A stretch of 43,203 nt of DNA from Folioceros fuciformis. Its lineage: Eukaryota. Made by a program: the position numbers and the translations under genes. The DNA is taken from positions 169,747 through 212,949 of the forward strand of contig JBNGIO010006371.1 of NCBI GenBank assembly GCA_049999805.1. The letters run 5' to 3'. Shown here piece by piece: positions 27,748 to 40,382 of the stretch (the first letter of the stretch is position 1; each line of letters opens with the position of its first letter). Under the pieces are notes generated by a model. That model was not told the DNA's origin, did not search any database, and was given only the letters and a program-made list of their open reading frames with translations.

Positions 27748-30125
27748 TCATCCAAACATATGAGGTAGTTCTCTGACTCTCATGAACTCGTCCACAATCT
27801 GCAAACACGAAGCAGTGAGTGAAGTCAGTCCGTGGCGTTGTCTAGATGGCATACTGTCAATGCCCTACGCTGATGCTTAACCTCATCGGTCACTGCAGCA
27901 CGGGCTTTGCGATGGTTCTCGACAAGCTCTGTCAGGACCTCAATCAATTCCTTCTTCACCTCGCCAGTCAACATTCTGCCTGCTCCATATTCCTGCGTGC
28001 GCAAGGAGAGACACTGTGAGTCCAAACAGATGCCTAGAGAGGGGAGAGACGGGTATGTGAGAAAAGCAAGAGTTACCTCCTTAATTTTTTCAAGCTTAGC
28101 ATCATCGTTGAGAAAGAATGAGAGATACTTCACGGACACATCGACCTGCATCCAATGTTCAATCAACTTGTCAATGGAGAGCTACACCCAGAGAGTCGTT
28201 GCGTCGCTGTACTAAGCAGTAATGCTAACCTCCAAGTTTGCTCCAAACTCACGATGCTTCTCGATGGTGTCTCCTCCCCCCGAGAACGCATACTTATTGA
28301 TCTGTAGTCACCAAGTATTAGCGCAAGTATTAGCGCAGACAGGCAAAGACATAATTGCCAAGCACCTGAAAGATCGCAGTAGCACACAGTCACCTTTGTT
28401 TTTATCTGTTTTGGAGTATCTGTCACGTAGATGGCAGAATTTGTGTCACTGGCTGACATTTTTGTGCTCTCTCCCTAAAGCAAAAGCTACCAACCATTTA
28501 GGCCGAAATGCAGCACGCACTCTTCAGGAACAAACAGAAATTCTTGTTACAATCTGTTTGGTTCTGCAGCAAGCACCTGGCGGTAGCTACCTGTAAAGAG
28601 GGGAAAAATCTTGATTCCACAAGAGCTGGTTTATGAAATCCAAGACGTGGCGCAACATCTCGTGTCATGCGGAAATAGGGATCCTACAAATTGCAGGAAA
28701 CGGGAAAAATGTAAACGAAGCTTTATCAAGAACTGACAGTCTTTCAGCAACAAAGACGGGACAGGGTAATGACCTGATCTATCGCACACGGTATTAGACA
28801 GCGAACACTCTTCTTATTTTGCCTCCCAAAAAGCTGTGGAAACGATGTGGGAAACGATGGCACGGCCTGCGACAGCCAATAAGCAGATGGTAAGGCAAAC
28901 CACACAGACTGGGTGCTCCTTGAAAGGCACGCCAAACAAGCAGTCTGAAAGATGGGTGCAGTCAGTCCACCTGGACAGGTGGGAAACTCGATTTGCCAAT
29001 GTGGTCTTCACCAACAAAACCAAATATCCCTCGAACCTGTCAACGGAAACTGTATTCTTGCTCAGCTCACTGAAGTTGACACAACCACATAAGCCAGGAT
29101 GATCAGACAGAGCCGCGATTTATTAAAAACGCAGAGTTACTGTATACCTGATTGTATGTCACCGCTTTCGCAACCAGGCACATGTTCTCATAGAAAGCGC
29201 TGAGGCAGTAGAGAATCATTTGTCAAGGAATTGAAGTTATCGAATAACTCAAGGATAGGTGGTAAACAGCAGCAAGTTTCTCTTACCCGCCAACATAATC
29301 AAAATCCGTGAAGATGAACGTCCTCTTCACATCAAAGCCACATGCAATTATATCTTTGGCATTCTCTCGCGCCAGACGTTTGCTCTCTTCAATCGTCAAA
29401 TCCTTCCAGAAAAACTTCTCATCGTCCGTAAGCTGCACAACCAGGGGCACCTTGAAGACATCTTGCAAGTACCTGCAAGGAACCCGCGCTCGTGAGCAAC
29501 ATAAGAACAAAACCGCAGTCGACTAAAAGTCAAGAACGAAGCTTGAGGACCAAGAAATCCACCTCAGTACGTTGCATTGCATAACGTACACCCAATAAAC
29601 AGAGACACGATGAGGTCAGCTGGGTTGCAGTCACACCTACTTGGTAAACAGAAAGGGCACTAGATGACCCAGATGTAGCGCCTCCGAGGACGGGCCTCTA
29701 CCGGTGTACAGGTAGAACTTTTCTCCTTTCTCGTACGCATCTAGAATTTTGTCTAATTCTCTATCACAGATGCACGATTCCACAACCCCGTCAAAACTCA
29801 AACCCTTCCCACAAACTGCAGTTGAATTCGAGCAGTTTTGGAGAGAGATTTCAGCCAACCTGTGAGCAAAAAACGCACCCCGGCGGAGAAAAGGATGGGC
29901 GGGCTGTCCAGTAACCTCTTCAATTCTTTGCACCAGAGAAGGCTCCAGCTTCTGGCAACCGAATTGCTGAATGAGCTTGTCATAATCAATGGCCCCGGCT
30001 TTACTCGACACCTCCCATGGCGTCACCACCTGCTCAGCTTCCGCCTCCTCCAGCTTCTTCACCTCCTCTGCCTGCTTCTCTGAATGTGATTTCGCGTTCT
30101 CAGATTCGACTCCATTTTGGCCCAT
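27748..30125 (-). CDS. Cytosolic tryptophanyl-tRNA synthetase, multi-exon
   Basis: [31 protein letters not shown] (HIGH), [39 protein letters not shown] at 27748. Confidence 0.96.
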
Positions 30126-30335
30126 TGTGCCTGCATGTGGCCGAGAAGACAGTATTGAGAGGCCACACTACCATGTACAAAGGGCAAAATATGGCAAATA
30201 CCCTTTCCGAATTAGGGCCTGCTTGACGCAAATGGCAAAACTGGCGTAAGGAAAAATGATTCAATCTGGCTAGGGCATGGTGTGCAAGTATCCCGAAACG
30301 AACAAAGCCTAGATGAATGTATTCGTGTCCCCCCT

Positions 30336-30343
30336 AAACCCTA
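30336..30343 (+). promoter_or_regulatory. Telo-box in the divergent TrpRS/RPL21 promoter
   Basis: AAACCCTA ~90 bp upstream of the RPL21 ATG; motif typical of plant translation-machinery genes. Confidence 0.65.
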
Positions 30344-30431
30344 GGGGTATCTATAGAACCAGTGACTTACATCTTCTTTCTTTCCACGAGAAACAGCTGC
30401 GGGTTGCGGAGGCGGACGACGATCTGCAACT

Positions 30432-31080
30432 ATGCCGGCTGGACACGGAGTGCGGTCGCGTACGCGAGACTTGTTCTCGCGGCCCTTCAGGCACAAGGGT
30501 TACATCCCGCTCACTACTTACCTTCGCAACTACAAGATCGGCGACTATGTCGATATCAAGGTGAACGGAGCTGTGCACAAGGGCATGCCGCACAAGTTCT
30601 ACCACGGGCGCACTGGATACGTGTGGAACGTAACCAAGCGTGCTATTGGCGTGGTCGTCAACAAGCAGGTTCGTGTTTGTATGGTCGCCGTTTGCAGGAT
30701 AGATGTATTAGGGATTTGTGTCTGGAGGTTTGAGAAATTTCGTCGTGATTGTGCTTGTGCTGGCATCTTCTGCCTCCAAGTTACTAGTGACCTTGGAGGA
30801 ATCGCTCGTGTGTGTGCAGGTTGGCAACAGAATCATCAACAAGCGAATTCATGTCCGCATCGAGCACGTCCAGCCATCCCGGTGCAGGGAGGAGTTCATC
30901 GAGAGGCGGAAGAGGAATGACCTTCTGAAGGCCGAAGCCAAGGCCAAGGGCGAGCGGAGGATTTCCACCAAGAGGCAGCCTGCGGGGCCCAAGCCCGGTT
31001 TTGTTCTAGCAGGAGCTACTTTGGAGACTGTCACGCCCATCCCCTATGATGTGGTCAATGACCTAAAGGGAGGGTATTGA
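30432..31080 (+). CDS. RPL21: 60S ribosomal protein eL21; intron 30669-30819
   Basis: [60 protein letters not shown]. Confidence 0.98.
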
Positions 31081-31282
31081 GGCCCGCCTCTGAATGTGCT
31101 CCGGCGATCGGCATATTGTAGTGTCAATTTTGGAGAATTTTTCCCTTTGGAATAGTCCGTTCGTTATGATGCTGGATGTTGAAGATGGATGGGTGTGTTC
31201 CATTTCTTTTGTCTATGCTACGGGTGGGGTGTCCAACGAATTTAAGCTTTTGGTGGCAGACGGAATCTACGTGGGCCTGATA

Positions 31283-32962
31283 TTATACACTGGCTAAATC
31301 GAGAGCGGGACTTCTGACCCGACTTTTGACTGTCATCAGCAAGCCGTTAGTGGTGTGGATGGTAGCTCCCGTGGTCATTCCTATTACATGGTCGGGAACA
31401 AGATCGAATTCGAACTTTTGGAGGAGCACGGCTAGAGCCACAGTTGCTTCCAGCATAGCGAACTGGTCTCCCACGCACTTCCTAGGTCCCCCGCTGAAGG
31501 GAATGAAGCGGAAGTCCGTGTTGCTTTCGTTGGGAACAGGCCCCTCCGGATCAAACCTTTCAGGTATGAACTCCTCGGCCCTGTCCCACACGCTGGGAGA
31601 GTGATGCACGTTGTAAACAGAGATCATGACGTCCTGCCCTGCTTCCACTTTGTAGCCTCCAGGAAGCACATCCGCCTCCTGTGCCCTTCGGATTAGCACG
31701 GGAGGGTGCGGGTAGAGCCTCATGGACTCGTTAATGCACCTGGTCAGGTACTTGAGCTCCCTGATGTCTGCAAAGTCCGGCTTCCTTCCTCCTAGCACCC
31801 TCTCCAGCTCCTCCTGCACCTTCTCCAGAGGGCCCCGGTTCTTACTCAAGAGATACACTGTCCAGGTGAGGACGGAGCCGGTGGTCTCGTGCCCCGCCAC
31901 CAGCATGGACAGTAGGTCATCCCGGAGCTGCGTGCCGCTCACCTCCTCTCTACTGGCCAGCAGGAAGCGTAGCACGCTGGGATCGGCCTCGTTGACGTAC
32001 TCCTCTCCTTGAACACTCTCCTGCTCCGCCTCCACCATAGCCTTGCATTTAGCTACCAGATGCTCCGTGGTCTCCCGAATCACTGCCACCGCCCTGGCCG
32101 CCTTCCGCTGCCGTGGCACTATTTGACATAGCAGTGGGATCTGCCAGTAGGGCAGGATGTCAGTGGCCCGGGACTCCGTCTCCTTCAGTGCAGTGTACAC
32201 GGCCTCGATCACGGGACTATCAGCCGTGAGCGAGTCGAAGTCGAAGTTGAAGACGGAGAGCCCGATAATGTCCAGAGTGAGCTGCGAAAACCTGGCCTCC
32301 ATATTCACCACTGCTCCCGTCCCCGCCACAGCCTCCAGCTTGTGCACCAGCCGCTCCGCACACGTGTTGAACACCCTGTCCACCATGGTTTGCAAGTACT
32401 TCTTATGCAGGGACGGGAGCACGGCGCGTCTCCTCACCGTCCAGAGCTCCCCCTCGGCCACCGCGAAGCCATCCCCGAAGAGGAACTGTGACACCTCCGC
32501 CACCAGGCCCTTGGAGTACTTCCCGTACTGCCGCAGCACATGCTTGGCTACGGCAGGGTCTCCCACAACGACGAAGTTCCGCGGCCCCGCGGCCAGGCGG
32601 TACACCGGCCCGGACTCCTGCATCCACTTGAAGAGCGGCAGGAACAGGGCGCCTCCCAGGAGATCCTGCACATCCTCCAGCTTGGCGCTGGCTACAGGAA
32701 TCCCGGAACTGTCCTCCTTCTTCCCCAGCCGCACCAGCGCCGTGAGCCAATCCGGGCTCACCCACGACTTCCCCGCCCCTGCCTTTGCAATTCCGTTCTC
32801 CCCCGGACCCGGACCCGAATCCCCATTCCGCACCCGCACCGTACCCCGCCTCCGTTGCCTCTGCACAACCAGCATTGATGCGGCATTGCTGCGGAATTGC
32901 AAATTCGAGGATGCAGTAGAGCCGAGACTCGCCCCAGCGGCGGCCGTCATGCTGATGGCCAT
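31283..32962 (-). CDS. LUT1: Carotenoid epsilon-ring hydroxylase CYP97C, intronless, with transit peptide
   Basis: [49 protein letters not shown], heme motif [14 protein letters not shown]; likely start MAISM at 32962. Confidence 0.95.
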   Translation of the reverse strand: MAISMTAAAGASLGSTASSNLQFRSNAASMLVVQRQRRRGTVRVRNGDSGPGPGENGIAKAGAGKSWVSPDWLTALVRLGKKEDSSGIPVASAKLEDVQDLLGGALFLPLFKWMQESGPVYRLAAGPRNFVVVGDPAVAKHVLRQYGKYSKGLVAEVSQFLFGDGFAVAEGELWTVRRRAVLPSLHKKYLQTMVDRVFNTCAERLVHKLEAVAGTGAVVNMEARFSQLTLDIIGLSVFNFDFDSLTADSPVIEAVYTALKETESRATDILPYWQIPLLCQIVPRQRKAARAVAVIRETTEHLVAKCKAMVEAEQESVQGEEYVNEADPSVLRFLLASREEVSGTQLRDDLLSMLVAGHETTGSVLTWTVYLLSKNRGPLEKVQEELERVLGGRKPDFADIRELKYLTRCINESMRLYPHPPVLIRRAQEADVLPGGYKVEAGQDVMISVYNVHHSPSVWDRAEEFIPERFDPEGPVPNESNTDFRFIPFSGGPRKCVGDQFAMLEATVALAVLLQKFEFDLVPDHVIGMTTGATIHTTNGLLMTVKSRVRSPALDLASV

Positions 32963-33259
32963 GGCGGCAGCAGCGTGCGCGAGCTCTCTCCGCTGCTGCA
33001 GCCCGTTGGAAGGAGGTATGTAGGAAATGCAGACTGTAAGATCTTCCCGGATGGAAGAGAGCATTCCTGTCAGTTTTCTGAATGGATAAACCGGGCTTAT
33101 AGCTGAGCAAGGATTACTCGGTCCCCATCACACCTGCAGGGGAACTCTAGCCTGGGGACGTGGGTAGGGTGCTGTCATTTGCGTTTTGACGCTGCATGGA
33201 AGGCTGTTTGAGACGCGTGATTCATGGCACCTGAAGTCGGAGCGTGAGAGGGACAGGAC

Positions 33260-36065
33260 ATGGCCGCAGCAATGGCAGCGGTCGCCTGGGCGCAGGCGCA
33301 GGCGGGGGCGGGGCCGTCGGGTCCCGCAGCGTTGCAGGGCGGCTTCTTCGGGGATGCTGTGCGAGTGGGATTGCGGGTGCCGGTGGCGGGAGCTGGAGCT
33401 GGAGGAGGGAGCATGGTTTGGAGGCCCTTGGTTGTTAAGGCTTCAGCTGGATTCAAGGTGTGGATTGAGGGGTTGTTCAGGCATTAGGATTTTGGGGACA
33501 TCCGGTGAGGCTGATGGTAGTGATGGGACGTGTTGGATTTTGGGTGACTGTAGGTGCATCAGCAGCAGGAATGCGGGGTGGAAAGGTCAAGCCTGTACAT
33601 GGGAATGTGGAGGCCTGTGAAGAGGAGGAGAGATTTGGTTGTCACCAGTGCGGCCGTTTTTGACCAGCTGTCGAGCAGTCTGGAAGTAGCGTGGAAAAAG
33701 CTTCAGAAAGCAGGTGGATGGATGAAACAGCATGGCTGTGGCTTGAGAGATCACATGGCAGGGCAGGTTTTGATGATTCTAATGCGGTAGGCGACTGAGG
33801 GTTCCCTGTGCAGATGTGCTGACGAAGGAGAATATAGCCGAGCCCATGAAAGATATCAGGAGGGCCCTTCTAGAAGCAGATGTATGTTCCCACCGCACTA
33901 TGGACCTTGGTGTTGTGGAATGCTTGTTGTCGTTTCCTTTGTCCTGGCTTTGGGCTGAACTGTGGCCGACCGTTTTCAGGTCAGTTTGCCAGTAGTTCGA
34001 CGATTTGTGAAGAGTGTAGCGGACAAGGCCATTGGAACAGGAGTTATCAAGGGCGTAAGGCCTGATCAGCAACTCGTCAAGGTGAGTACGTTCCGTATCT
34101 GGGTGAAATTTCACACGGCTGTGTGAGAGACGATTGTGATTTTGACATCCGGGTTTGCAGGTGGTGAATGACGAGCTGACAATGCTGATGGGAGGGGAGG
34201 TGGCTGGCCTGGATTACGCAGCTAAAGGTCCAACAGTCATCCTCATGGCTGGTTTGCAAGGTGTGGGGAAGACCACGGCCTGTGGCAAGTTGTCGCTCTA
34301 TCTGAAGAAGAAGGTGTGTGCAAACCGTCCCTCGAATCTTACTCGTACCACGGTATCAGCATTTATCATGTACGCACTGACTTGGCGTATGGCTAACAGG
34401 GCAAGAGCTGTATGATGGTGGCAACTGATGTGTACAGACCTGCTGCCATCGACCAGCTTGTCACTTTGGGAACGCAGGTTAGCTTCTCGTGCTTGGTGCG
34501 TTGTCTTGCATCCAGATGTTAGCTGTCGCCTCACGTGTTTCTCTCACTTGCCACAGGTCGAGGTTCCTGTGTTTGAAGCAGGAAATCAAATTAGCCCTGT
34601 CGAGATCGCAAGAAGAGGTGTAGCAGAGGCTAAGAAGCAAAATGTGGACGTCGTCATTGTAGATACCGCTGGACGCCTTCAGGTATGGAGCCTGTCCCGT
34701 CTTACGTAACTGATTCTCCATAACCTCTCACGTGCGGCCCACGCACTCGCTGCTCTTTGCTTTGACTTATGAGAATATGTAACCCAGGCGGTTATTTGCT
34801 ACTCGATGGGATCAGGTGGACAAGGGAATGATGGATGAACTGAAACAAATGAAGCAAGCCGTGAACCCCACCGAGATTTTGCTTGTAGTCGATGCTATGA
34901 CGGGCCAGGCAGCTGCTGGTAAGCAAGTTCTATCAAATTGCTGAACAAAACAAAACAGTTGATCCATCTGTTGTTCACTGAGTCCTCCCTGTCTCCCGGG
35001 CAGCTCTGGTGGCGGCTTTCAATTTGGAGATTGGAATCACGGGAGCAATATTGACCAAGATCGATGGTGATGCTCGTGGTGGAGCAGCTCTGAGTGTCAA
35101 AGAGGTTCATCTGAGACAGTCTTATTCTACGCCATTCCACAATTCACCATGCCAGTGCTGTCGCTGGTATGGCAGCTTCCCTTTCCTGTGGATTTAAACT
35201 CTCATACTTGTATCTGATACAGGTGTCGGGAAAGCCCATCAAGTTTGTCGGAGAAGGAGAGGGCATGGGAGCTTTAGAACCTTTTTATCCTGACCGGATG
35301 GCAAGCCGAATTCTGGGCATGGGAGACGTGCTTTCGTTGGTGGAGAAGGCCCAGGAGGTCATGATGAAAGAAGAGGCGGAGGAGATGCAAAAGAAAATCA
35401 TGGAAGCCAAGTTCGACTTCAACGACTTTCTCAAACAGACTCGCTCCTTGGCACGAATGGGCTCAATGGGGGGTCTGGTGAAGATGATTCCCGGCATGAA
35501 CAAAGTAACTCCTCAACAAGTCCGAGACGCTGAGAAGAGTCTGAAAATCATGGAGTCCATGATCCAGTCCATGACAGTGAAGGAAAGGGCCGATCCCGAG
35601 CTGCTGGCCAAGTCACCTTCCAGAAGGAGAAGAGTGGCCAAGGGATCAGGAAGAACACAAGAGCAGGTACTCATCTCCTACGTTTCACGTTTAACCAGTC
35701 TTGAGTAGGCTCAAATCCCTGTATTTTCTCACGGCTGGATTCCACAGGTCAGCCAGCTCGTGTCACAATTGTTCCAAATGCGAGCCAGGATGAAGAATCT
35801 GGCCACCATGATGCAAGGTGGCACGCTTCCTGGACTCGAGGGGCTTGATGCAGCCCGGAAGGTATTAGCTTCACCGTCTCCCACCATATCGCTCTTGATC
35901 ACTGCGAACAGCAGGCTGCCCTAGTAACTCCCACCCTTGTCCCTGCAGGTTGCTCCAGGGACAGCTAAACGAAAGCGAGCAAAGTCCAACGTTCAGCAGG
36001 AGCTCACTGCAGCTGGGTCGTCAAGATCCATAGCCAAAGGCTTTGGAGCTAAAAAAGTAGCCTAG
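33260..36065 (+). CDS. cpSRP54: Chloroplast signal recognition particle 54 kDa subunit, multi-exon
   Basis: Transit peptide, [55 protein letters not shown] domain, C-terminal [12 protein letters not shown] at 36063-36065. Confidence 0.96.
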
Positions 36066-36357
36066 GTCACAGTGTGGAGGACCTTCTCGGTAACGTTAAT
36101 GTCAGATGTCCCAGTTCATGCCTTCCGTTTTGCAGGTTTATCCTCCACTTGTAGTTCATGCAGGGGCCCTCCCATCGCCAGATAACAAGGACACGTCTAA
36201 GAATGTTGGAAGGAAAATAGGACCAGCCTAAATCGGCACAGGTGCTGACCAGACAGCAAAATAACCTCGGCATGACCCCTTGAATCGGAGGATCCGAATC
36301 GCATATCGTACGTCTCTGAAACCGGGCGAGGGTTCCGGATACGCCCGTGGAGCCCAC

Positions 36358-36408
36358 GGAAGTGTCTGGGACCTCTCCCTTCTGAAGCCGTGGGGAGAGT
36401 TCTAGAGA
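36358..36408 (+). promoter_or_regulatory. Imperfect heat-shock elements upstream of sHSP 1
   Basis: gGAAg-tgTCt-gGgAc and gGAga-gTTCt-aGAga alternating pentamers. Confidence 0.5.
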
Positions 36409-36713
36409 GGTATGGCCGTGTGTTCTTAAGCCCGGACCAGGGCCGGCAGATGACAGTTGCAGAGCTCATTTCTCACAACCATCTTCAGATCCGCTTTGCA
36501 CGCCTCAGAGCCTCGACGTTTTCTTCCTCTGATCTCCTGGTGTGGCGGAACAGGGTATGTGATCCAATGCCACTTGCTGGTTCATCTGAGAGCAATGACC
36601 GCAATTGCGTTTATTAGTTGTGGGTTTTCTTTTAGTTACCAATTGACTTCACGACGGAACTGTCTGATTCGTGATTGATCTGCTTTCCTCGGATGCCCTG
36701 CAGTCAGGCAGAC

Positions 36714-37327
36714 ATGGATCTCTTCCTCACTCGCGATTCGCTGGAGACGTTGTTGAATCTCCCCGAGGAATCAGAGAAGCATCTGAATGCCCCGGCCAGG
36801 ACGTACGTGAGAGACACCAAGGCTATGGCCAGTACCGCCGTAGATGTGAAGGAGCTGCCGAAGGCCTATGTGTTTGTGGCTGACATGCCCGGGCTGAAGC
36901 CCTCCGACGTGCAGGTGAATGCCTGTAGCCAGTTTAGCACAGTGTGTAGTGCTGGAGGTAGACACCGGTCGCATGGTGCACGATCTGCAAATTGCTGCGG
37001 GAACATCGTTTGTTGCTATTAGCAATGCTCGCACCTTATCAAATCACAATGTCGCGCTCGCATTGTGCTTTTCAGGTTCAGCTTGAAAACGCTAATGTGC
37101 TGGTGATCAGCGGCGAGCGTAAGGAGGATAAGCCTGAGGAAGATGTCAAGTATCTTCGTGTGGAACGGCGACCTTCCAAGTTCATGCGCAAGTTCACCTT
37201 GCCAAACAATGCAGACCTGGATAAAATCACTGCTTCCTGCGCTGATGGTGTCGTCACCATCACAGTGCCTAAAGTTCCACCGCCAGAAATCCTCAAGACG
37301 AGGAGCATTAAAGTCTCATCTGTGTAA
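36714..37327 (+). CDS. Small heat-shock protein, cytosolic class II-like; intron 36915-37075
   Basis: [17 protein letters not shown] (CII signature), [33 protein letters not shown]. Confidence 0.93.
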
Positions 37328-37664
37328 TTTGCTGTTAGCAAGTGCCGTTGTGTCTTCAAGATGGCCTCTTCAAAGGCGTTGCAAACTGATCTCAACTGTA
37401 GAACAATCTACTAAGCTTTGTGTTGGAGACTGTAGGCTTCTTTTACAACAATTCCATCGTATCTATATCTATGAGGGCACATTCGTGTCAACAAGAGGAA
37501 TTGATGGTGCATCTTCAGACTCCCATGTTGGCAGGTTGTTTCCAGGTGGTGTAGCTGCTCTCGTTTCAGTCTGCCGAGCAGTGAAACGTTCCTGGTGTCG
37601 TGTGAGCAGTGCAGAAAAGGCCCTGATCCGATGGAGGACTCGAGTGATACGTTGCTATGTGTGT

Positions 37665-37805
37665 AGAAACGTTTGGAAGTAATGGAAACGGTTACTTCAC
37701 CTTGGCTCTACCATTTACCTTGGTTTCCGATCTGGTGTTTTCTGTTGGCTTCTAGAATGTACGGCCCTTCGTCCAATCCTCTACACCCAGTCCCCTGCTT
37801 TATAA
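37665..37805 (+). promoter_or_regulatory. Heat-shock elements and TATA-like box upstream of sHSP 2
   Basis: aGAAa-cgttt-gGAAg at 37665; tTTCt-gap-cTTCt-aGAAt at 37739-37758; tttataa at ~37799. Confidence 0.6.
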
Positions 37806-38029
37806 CATGCTCGGTCATTCAAAGTTGGCAGCTGGTTTTGCAGCTAGGTACTTGGATTGTCGTAACGCTTGTCAGAAAGTGATCTCTACTTCCCAGACAA
37901 TCACAACCTTGTTCCGGAATAATGAGCTGGAACATAGGGTGAGTCCCGTTCCTGAACTGTGCAGTCGACTTGTGCATCAAGCTGTTAGGAACTGATACGA
38001 GTCTGGTTTGGTTGTGGCGGCAAAGCCCC

Positions 38030-38600
38030 ATGGATCCCTACTTCGGCGATCCATTGCAGGTGATATTCAGTCTCCTGGACGAGCCCGGCGATCGCGAAAA
38101 AGCGTGTAAGAGTCCAAGCAAGCTCTATGTGAAGGACAGGAAGGCCATGGCGAGAACCGCTGTCGATGTTTTGGAAGCTCCCAAGAAGTATATGTTCGTG
38201 GCGGACATGCCAGGCCTCAAATCGGCTGACGTTCAGGTATTTGTGCGAGAAGCTTTGCAACTTGGGCACCGTTCTCGCAGCGATGCGCGTGCCCAGCCTG
38301 AGCTAATTTCCTGAGTGGGATTCACGATTGCTCGACTACGACTAGGTGCAAATCGAAAACCAGAATGTCCTCGTCATCTCGGGGCAGCGCAAGGAGGAGA
38401 AGCCAGCTGATGAGGACGTGAAGTACTTGCGCGTGGAGAGGCGTGGCCGCAAATTTCTTCGCAAATTCACGCTGCCCAACGACGCCGACGTCGATCACGT
38501 TGCTGCTGCGTTCTCGGATGGAGTCCTGACAGTCACTGTTCCCAAGGTCCCTCCTCCGGAACCCGATAAGCCCAAGACCGTCACTGTGAATGTCTCCTAG
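38030..38600 (+). CDS. Small heat-shock protein, cytosolic class II-like, tandem paralog; intron 38237-38345
   Basis: [54 protein letters not shown]. Confidence 0.93.
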
Positions 38601-39018
38601 GCGAGGAACTCCACGGCACACAGCTGCGTGTTAAATTTATAAATACCATACTCGAATACAAATACACACCTGGGTGTATAGAACTCTGGTTTTACCAGAA
38701 ACGAGGTTGTGGATGAAGTAAGTTTGCACGTCTTGGTGGTAATGTGATGACCTGTCTACTTCCCCGCGCCACGAGCACAATCAATTATGAGAACATTTCT
38801 GGAAGACCATCTGCACAAACATGTTGCAGCGTCCAGTCACATCAACGAGGCAGAAGCATTTAGACCAGCACAGTTACCCCTAAAAGTGGCATGGACGCCT
38901 ATGTACAAGATAGCTGCTGTCACGCAATTTCCAAGAGGGTTGGCTGCACTCTCCCTCTCCGCCAGCATGAGGCCGGCGTATTTGGCATGCCGTACCCTAC
39001 ATCAACCTGACCAGGAAG

Positions 39019-40131
39019 TTACAGGGGCACCGGAAGAGGAAGCGGCACAACCGAGTTGAAATGCTCTCCTAGCCCAAAGGCATGTCGGTGGTAAGACAGC
39101 CTGATGCTTGGGGTTACTGGATGCCCAGGCTCTTCAGCCCCGTACTCCTGCCCCATCTCCACGTCCGGAAGACTGGCTGAGTACACCACAATGTGCTTCC
39201 TCAAGGAATGAGCAAGGGCTCCGAGCTCCAGTTGCCCTCCCCACACGGCCGTTGCCTCTACGTCCGAACAATATTTCTCCAGCCTTTCCTCCACCGTCTC
39301 CCCCTCCACCTCGCTGTTCTCGATAAACGGCACAAAATCATCCGGATGCGCCCGCATGTACGCAGCTGCCAAGCCCCGCAGCCCTAAGTATGAGTGGCGC
39401 GGCATGACATCTGGATGCAGAGCCAACTGATCCTCAACGGCGCGGTACAGGCAGTGACCATCGGACTTGATCTCCTTGAGAGAGAATCCCAGCGGCCGGA
39501 GCTTCCGCTCCAGCTCTTCCTCTTCCACCTTCCGCTGGCTCACCACGTTGTTCTGCTCCTCCTGTATCCTCTGAGTTCGCTCCGCATCCTGGTGCGCCCG
39601 CCGGTCCCGCCACTTCTGGCCCTTGGACGGCCTCCCAGCCTGGACCGCCGCCTTGCCGCCGGATGAAATGCCAGCTATGGCTTTCACCAGACCATCCAAA
39701 CCGCTGCCGTCCGCTGCCTCGTCCGCTCGAAAGCCTAAAGACGCCAACTCCTTGGCGTGCCGCGCCTTCATCTTCGTATCCAGCCTCGACACCTCCTCCT
39801 CCGCCTGCTTCTTCTTGGCCTTCTGCTCTGCCTTGCTCCCCTTCGCAGCTGCCTTTTTCAAACCGATTTCCTTGTGCTGCAGCTCCTTGATCTCCTTCCT
39901 GCACCACAACCGTATCCAAACCCCTCATCCTTCAAACCCGACGCGATCCCAGCCGCAGGAATCACCAGTTCTGCAACACCGGACGCCGCAGAGCACACAC
40001 AAGCAAAAACCGAAAAAAAAAAAAAAAAAAACGAGAGAAGGCTTGCGAACGCACTGGTGCCGCGCCAGCATTTCAGTGCGCGATTCGCCGCCCGTCACCT
40101 CCACCTCCTGCCCCTCCGCCGGCTCCTCCAT
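39019..40131 (-). CDS. OTU-domain deubiquitinase (OTUD6B/plant OTU5-like), one intron at ~39900-40054
   Basis: EMLARHQ/KEIKELQ, catalytic [36 protein letters not shown]. Confidence 0.93.
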
Positions 40132-40382
40132 TGCAGCTCTGCAACACTCCACTGCACGGCCTACAGCACGAATTCCATCGTGTTTACAGAAATCCAATTC
40201 TCTCCAGCGACAGCGCCAATTACTGCAGCAAGAATAGGGCCAGGCGTCTAGACCGGTTCCTTTTAACTACTTTCGTTTTAGGATATACAAAGAGAACGGG
40301 ACAGAGAACTCGCTAAATGCTACGCTTAGCTATCGCCTTTTTCGTTGAATTAAGATCCAGGAGGATAATCTTTTTAATAATA

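Noticed and set aside
32157..33110. Long overlapping and antisense ORFs in CYP97C
   Set aside because: Codon-bias shadows; no recognisable protein
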